Below are positions 58,168 to 64,000 of a stretch of 64,000 bases of DNA, piece after piece. A program made the position numbers and the translations under genes. The notes under the pieces were generated by a model. The model worked only from the letters and a program-made list of their open reading frames with translations. It was not told where the DNA came from and did no database searches. The stretch's first letter is position 1. Each line of letters opens with the position of its first letter. Location: NCBI GenBank assembly GCA_002104945.1, contig MCFH01000002.1:1302001-1366000 (forward strand). The letters run 5' to 3'. This DNA comes from Piromyces finnis finn (lineage: Eukaryota > Fungi > Neocallimastigomycota).

Positions 58168-61100
58168 TTTATATATATTACTATGTAGTTATGTAGAAAT
58201 ATCTATTTACAATAATTAATATGTTAATATTATGATTTTTTTTAAAATTTTAATAAATTATAAACAAATAAATAGTTTTATATGTATTTATTATTTTCTT
58301 TTTCAATAAATATATTAAAGTTATTATTTAGGAAACTATAAATATATTCATTACAACTCAATACTATTATATAAAGTTTCTATTTCTATTTAATATTACA
58401 CTTTAAACAAAAAAAAAGTTTATATTTACTTAAAAAGAAATATTGAAATATATTATAAATATTTTGATGACAAAATAATTAATTGTTTCTTTTAAGATAA
58501 AGAAGAAAAAAAAAATAAACGAAAATAATTGTTTTTATAAAAATGATGAATTTAATAAAATATTTGAAACGATTTTACATTTTACTAATTAAAAAATATA
58601 CTATATATATACTATTAATATATATTATTTAATGTTGTAAAGAAATATGTTTTTATTTAGGAAAAATATATTGATTTTAAATATAATTATTCATGATATT
58701 ATATTGTATATATAATTTGATATACAAAATGGAATATTGGTTAATATAAAATAATATATGACTTATTAATATTAATATTTTTATTATTGTTGATTGTAAT
58801 TTAATTTTCTTATTCATTTCAATCACTATTAATTAAAATTTGTAAATATAATATATTATATAAATAACATAGCGATTTCCTAAGTTCCATAAAGAAATGT
58901 AATATATCTTTATATATCATTAATATATTGTTCCTTATATTAGAATTATATTAATTATATTATAAAATGGAAAAGTCTATTATGAATAAAATTATTTGTA
59001 CATAATTTTTAAATAAAAATTAATATATTATAAATATATTAATAATATATGAAATAATAAATAATTTAACAATTTTAAAAATGTTTTTTAGTAAAGTACT
59101 ATTATGATTAACTTTATTATTACATAAATAAAAAACAAAAAATGATAAAAATGATGTAGGTTATGATTCTAATATCATTATAGAATTATTTTCAAACAAA
59201 ATAAATAATATAAATAATATATATTAATATATTAGCTATTTTATTTTTATACCTTTGTAAAATATTAATAAATGAATGAAGAATTTATATTACTTCTTAT
59301 TAATATTTAGTACTTAATTGGTAAATATAATAAGCTATATAATATACACTTATTAATATATTATATTTAATTGGTAAATGTAATAGAATAATATATTAAA
59401 GTTATTCACATATATATTATATATAATATTTAATATATATAAATTTAGATTTATTAAAACTTTATTTTTATTTAAACTATTTTTCATCAATTTACTTATT
59501 TTTGAATATTAAATTATTAATATATTTTTAATATATTTATATAACTAATTACTTTTTATAGAGTAAGTTTTATGAAATTAAATAATTAAAAATTAGGGAA
59601 GATATTAATTGTATTACTTTGTACATAACTTTGTTTTATATTTTTTTCTTGTTTTTTGATACTCTTGGAATTTCATGAATATTCTTTGTACTCTACTTTC
59701 TTCTTGAATGTTTGATCATATTCGGCTTATATTGAAAAAAGAAAAATAGAAAAAGCAGGAAAAAATTAAAATTAAAAATTAATATATTCTGATACGAATC
59801 ATAAAAAATGAAATTTGTGAAATATACGAATAAATAATTATACGTTAAATAAAATGTTACAAGAAAAAAAAAAAGAAATAATTAATAATTAAAATAATTA
59901 TATATATTCATACTATTGAACCATTAAAAAAAACATAATGTTTATAAAAAAAAATAGTACAACAAAATGGCTACAAATATATATGGAATCATATAAATTA
60001 TAATATGAATTTATAATTTATATATCTTGTTATCTTTTCGTTTTAACTTTTTATATATTTTTGATATTAAGTATTGTTTTCCTCTTTTTTTTTTTTTGAA
60101 TCTGTATTATTTAGATACAACTTTAATGTTGTACTCTAGTTAATTCAGTTAATAGCTATAAATTATAGAATATAAATTTAAATAGTATCTTTTGTAAAAA
60201 AAAAAAAAAAAAAAAAGCATATTAATTATTAAACAAAATAAAATGATTATGTTTTGATATTGTAATTTTATTTATTATATTTTATATGAAGTTATATTTT
60301 TTTTTTTTACATTATTGTATTGTATATAGAAATGGAAAAAAAAAAAAAAAAGAGCAATTAATACATTTTACTTATAAAAATTTTAATAATATTAAGTTTC
60401 AAAATAAATCAAAAATATCATCTTTCTTACTACAATTAGTGGATAAAACAGCAAACCTATTTTAATTTATCGATAATATATTTATAAATTTATTTATATT
60501 TACTTAATATATTTAATATATAAATTATTTCAAAAAGTCATCTTTGTAAAAAAAACATTGGCCATTTTTTGTAAAAATTTTCTATTTAAATTTATATTTG
60601 AAAACCAATTTAAAATATATTACATTTAATACTATTTAATATAAAAAGATATATATAATAATAATTTTAATATATTCAATTTAATTTTCATATGTTATTT
60701 TTAAAAAAGAAATGATCTATTTTAATTTATTCATTTAAGGGTTATTGAGTTATAAAATATATTTTAAAAATAAAAAAAATAATAAAAGAAATAATAATAT
60801 TTAAAAAAAAAAAAAGGTATAGATATTGATATATATAAAATGTTTATTAGCTTTACATAACAAATGATAGATGAGAGATAGTAATTTTTGATTATGAAAA
60901 AAAATAACATTTATCAGATATCATATTTATATCCTTAATTATCACTATTATTGTTGTTGTTAATATTATTAATTTACTATTATTGTTATTTTTTTTTAAA
61001 TTAATAACATTAATAACCATTAATAACTAGTATAATAATAGTAAAAGGATTCTATAATGTATAATGGTTTGTATGCTTTAAATTTTAATGTTATTTAATA

Positions 61101-62419
61101 GTATTCTCTAAAATTTAAAACAATATTTTTTATGGTTTTTTTTCAGTTAAAAGAAATACAAGGTATTAATAACTTTAATTCATAATAGAATGAGTAATTA
61201 TAATTTACATTATTTATAATAATTATAATAAAACAATACATTAAATATTATTTATAATAATTAGTATTGTAGTATGTAAATAGAATAATTATAATAAAAC
61301 AATACATTAAATATTATTTATAATAATTAGTATTGTAGTAAACTTTTTCTATTAATGAATTACTGTTTAATTTATTTAATGAATGTTACTCACGTGTTAT
61401 GACTAATCATAATGATAGTGATGATTAATATTTGAAAAAAAAGGAAATATTAACTTTTTTCATGAGTTTTTTATGACTTTCTTGTGAAACATATATCATT
61501 AATATTCTAATTCTTAATATTGTAATTAGCTGTTTTTCAATGTTTGGTATTTTATAAATATAATTTGAATTATGTTTCAATTTTTTAAATATAAAGGATT
61601 ATGATTGTTGATATTATAAACTTAAAATAATAATCATTTTTATATTAATATCATATTTTAATTTTGATGATTTCTATTAAGCCAGTAATTTTAGAATTTT
61701 ATTATTTTGTTTCAACATTGTTGAATATTAAAATAACTCTATAAATTATTACATTAAAAAAAAAAACTTTGCTCATTTTTCTCAAAAAATCATTTTTAAT
61801 ATGAATTTTCATAAATTTATTTTTTAGGGAATTTTAAATATTATATAATGCTTAATAAATATAAGTATTTTAATATTTATTTTTTATTATTATTATTTTT
61901 CTTTTATTAACTAAAAAATCTGTGTATTTTAATTAATAAAACAACAATAATAATACAAATTAAATTATATAAAAATATTACTTAAATAGTAATAAATATA
62001 TGAAATTGTTAAATACATAGTATTAGAAAATGATAAATTAAATTATATTAAAACAAAATAAATAAACCATTAAATAACAAAAATAAATAATGGGATATAA
62101 TAATATTATTAATATTATTATTATTTTTTTTTAATTAAAATAGTGACTATAATATATATTTATTTTTTTGATAGTTTTTTTTTTTTTTTTTCTGAATGTA
62201 TAAAGCTAAACTTTTATTTATTAGGATTGTTTATTTTTTCCAAAATAAAAAAAAGAGAAAAATAAAGAGGTGAATGATAGTTATTATGAAAAATATGGGT
62301 TTTGGCTATGAAATATAAATTAATATTTGATGCATCACTGTATCTATATCTATATTTTTTTTTATTAATATTATTTTTCTTTTTTCTTTTTTTTCTTTTT
62401 TTTTTGTTTTTTGTTATAA

Positions 62420-64000
62420 TTACCATCCATTTTTTATTCTTTGTTCTTGTGTTTCAATATATGATTTAGTATAATCTTCTTCATCTCTACTATATTGTTT
62501 AGGTTTATTATAACTATCATCTATTATATCTTCATCATCATCACTACCCCATCCATTATTCAATCTTTGTTGCTCTATGCTAATATTACCATTTTCTTCA
62601 TATTCATTGATATAATTCATACTTTCATCTTTATGATCATAATTAATACTATAATGATTAATTGTTGAATATCTTTTACTTCTAGGTCTTTCTTGATAAT
62701 AATCTGAATAGTTAGCATTATCATCTTTATCATAATTTTGGCTATCCTGACTATCATATTCATTATCATTTTCTTCATAATCATGATTATCATAATTATT
62801 AGAATCATTATAATAATCATTATCGTCTTGATAACACTCATTTCTTTCATAGTCATAATCGTTACTTTCTCTTTTATAATAATTGTTATCATTATCTTCA
62901 TTATATATATCATATTTATCTTCTTCATATTTATCTTCATCATAATTATAATCATTTTTATTGTATATATTTCCTTCCGATATATTGTTAGAAATTGGTT
63001 CTTCGGTAAATTGGGTATCAAAGTATTGAATATCAAATGAATCTTCAACATTTGGCTTGAAAGGAGGTTTAATTTCCAAATGATATAATTTTGTGAAATC
63101 AATCTTTTCAAAGAATGGATGATTTTCAATTTCTTTACCACCATCACAAGAACATCCTAATCTCTTATCAGAATCACGATTTAGAAGTTTTAAAATTAAG
63201 TCTTTGATATATCGAGATGGGTATTCAGGAAATTCTATCGGTGATTGTAAAATCCTTTGAACAATCTCTTCTTTTTGATTAGAATAGAATGGATGCTTTT
63301 CACATAACATTTCATATAAAATAACACCATATGCCCACCAATCACTTGCAAAGGAATATGGTTTACCACATAAAATTTCTGGAGCAATATATTCTATATT
63401 TGACATTGAACTAACTTCATCAACATTCATATAAAGTTTTGGAACAGATTGGCCAAAATCAATAATTTTAATATGGCCTTCTTTAGTTATCATAATGTTT
63501 TCTAACTTTAAATCACGATAGATAATATCATGACCATGAAGACTTTCTAAAGCTAATAATATCTCAGCAGCATAAAATCTTACTCTTAATTCTGAGAATC
63601 TTCCATACTGAGAAAGATGGAAATATAGATCACCTCCATTAATGAAATCCATAACTAAATAATTATGTTCTTCATATTCAAATGCCTGAAATATATCTAC
63701 AATAAATGGATGACTAATAGATTTAAGAATATCTTTTTCAACTTCCCACATATCTTTGTATTGGCAATTTAATATTTTGACGGCATATGGTTCTTGAGTG
63801 GCTAATTGTTTACATAGGAAAACAACACTATATTTGCCTTTACCTATAATATTTAGAGCATCAAAGTTTTCTTTAAAGTTGCTATCATCTTCAATTATAA
63901 CTTTTTGAGTTTCTGCAGCATTAGATGGTTTTAATGAGGTGACCCATTCAATAGCGTCTATAACATATTTTGCTTTGAAAAGGTATTGAGAAGATGATCG
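62420..64000 (-). CDS. AGC-family Ser/Thr kinase, 5'-truncated by the window edge, preceded by a PH-like C-terminal helix; divergent activation segment
   Basis: The frame is open from 64000: YLFKAKYVIDAIEWVTSL, IGKGKYSVV, YAVK, IYRDLKLEN, IDFG, EYIAPE, DWWAYG, RLG...EIENHPFF, PPFKP. Confidence 0.88.
   Translation of the reverse strand, partial: RSSSQYLFKAKYVIDAIEWVTSLKPSNAAETQKVIIEDDSNFKENFDALNIIGKGKYSVVFLCKQLATQEPYAVKILNCQYKDMWEVEKDILKSISHPFIVDIFQAFEYEEHNYLVMDFINGGDLYFHLSQYGRFSELRVRFYAAEILLALESLHGHDIIYRDLKLENIMITKEGHIKIIDFGQSVPKLYMNVDEVSSMSNIEYIAPEILCGKPYSFASDWWAYGVILYEMLCEKHPFYSNQKEEIVQRILQSPIEFPEYPSRYIKDLILKLLNRDSDKRLGCSCDGGKEIENHPFFEKIDFTKLYHLEIKPPFKPNVEDSFDIQYFDTQFTEEPISNNISEGNIYNKNDYNYDEDKYEEDKYDIYNEDNDNNYYKRESNDYDYERNECYQDDNDYYNDSNNYDNHDYEENDNEYDSQDSQNYDKDDNANYSDYYQERPRSKRYSTINHYSINYDHKDESMNYINEYEENGNISIEQQRLNNGWGSDDDEDIIDDSYNKPKQYSRDEEDYTKSYIETQEQRIKNGW

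Noticed and set aside
61219-61340. Duplicated ~56-bp AT-rich unit (period ~67 bp)
   Set aside because: There are only two copies with no structure, consistent with local slippage.

Overview
Extremely AT-rich, intron-containing eukaryotic DNA. It is very probably from an anaerobic gut fungus (Neocallimastigomycota), inferred from fungal non-catalytic dockerin domains (NCDD/CBM10), a dockerin-bearing CotH and the base composition. Genes in order: PacC/Rim101 zinc-finger factor (-); an LRR single-pass receptor-like gene (+) with a decayed tandem paralog; two paralogous orphan 7TM genes (+) flanking a deleted Copia LTR element; a non-LTR retrotransposon 3' fragment; CotH-dockerin (-); a CRT10-like protein (-); a Hos2-type HDAC (+); an ~18-exon dockerin-GH9-CBM2-like cellulase (-); a 7TM-RGS protein (-); an unknown acidic protein with SIM-like motifs (+); mannose-1-phosphate guanyltransferase (-); and a 5'-truncated, divergent PH-AGC kinase (-). 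The most unusual signal is the Copia element at 18559-21096. It has near-identical LTRs with TG...TA ends, a ruined interior and a duplicated PPT. Its primer-binding site matches the anticodon arm of tRNA-Lys(CUU), implying half-tRNA-Lys priming, and the LTR end copies the same tRNA loop sequence. Exon boundaries were read by eye and no database searches were run.
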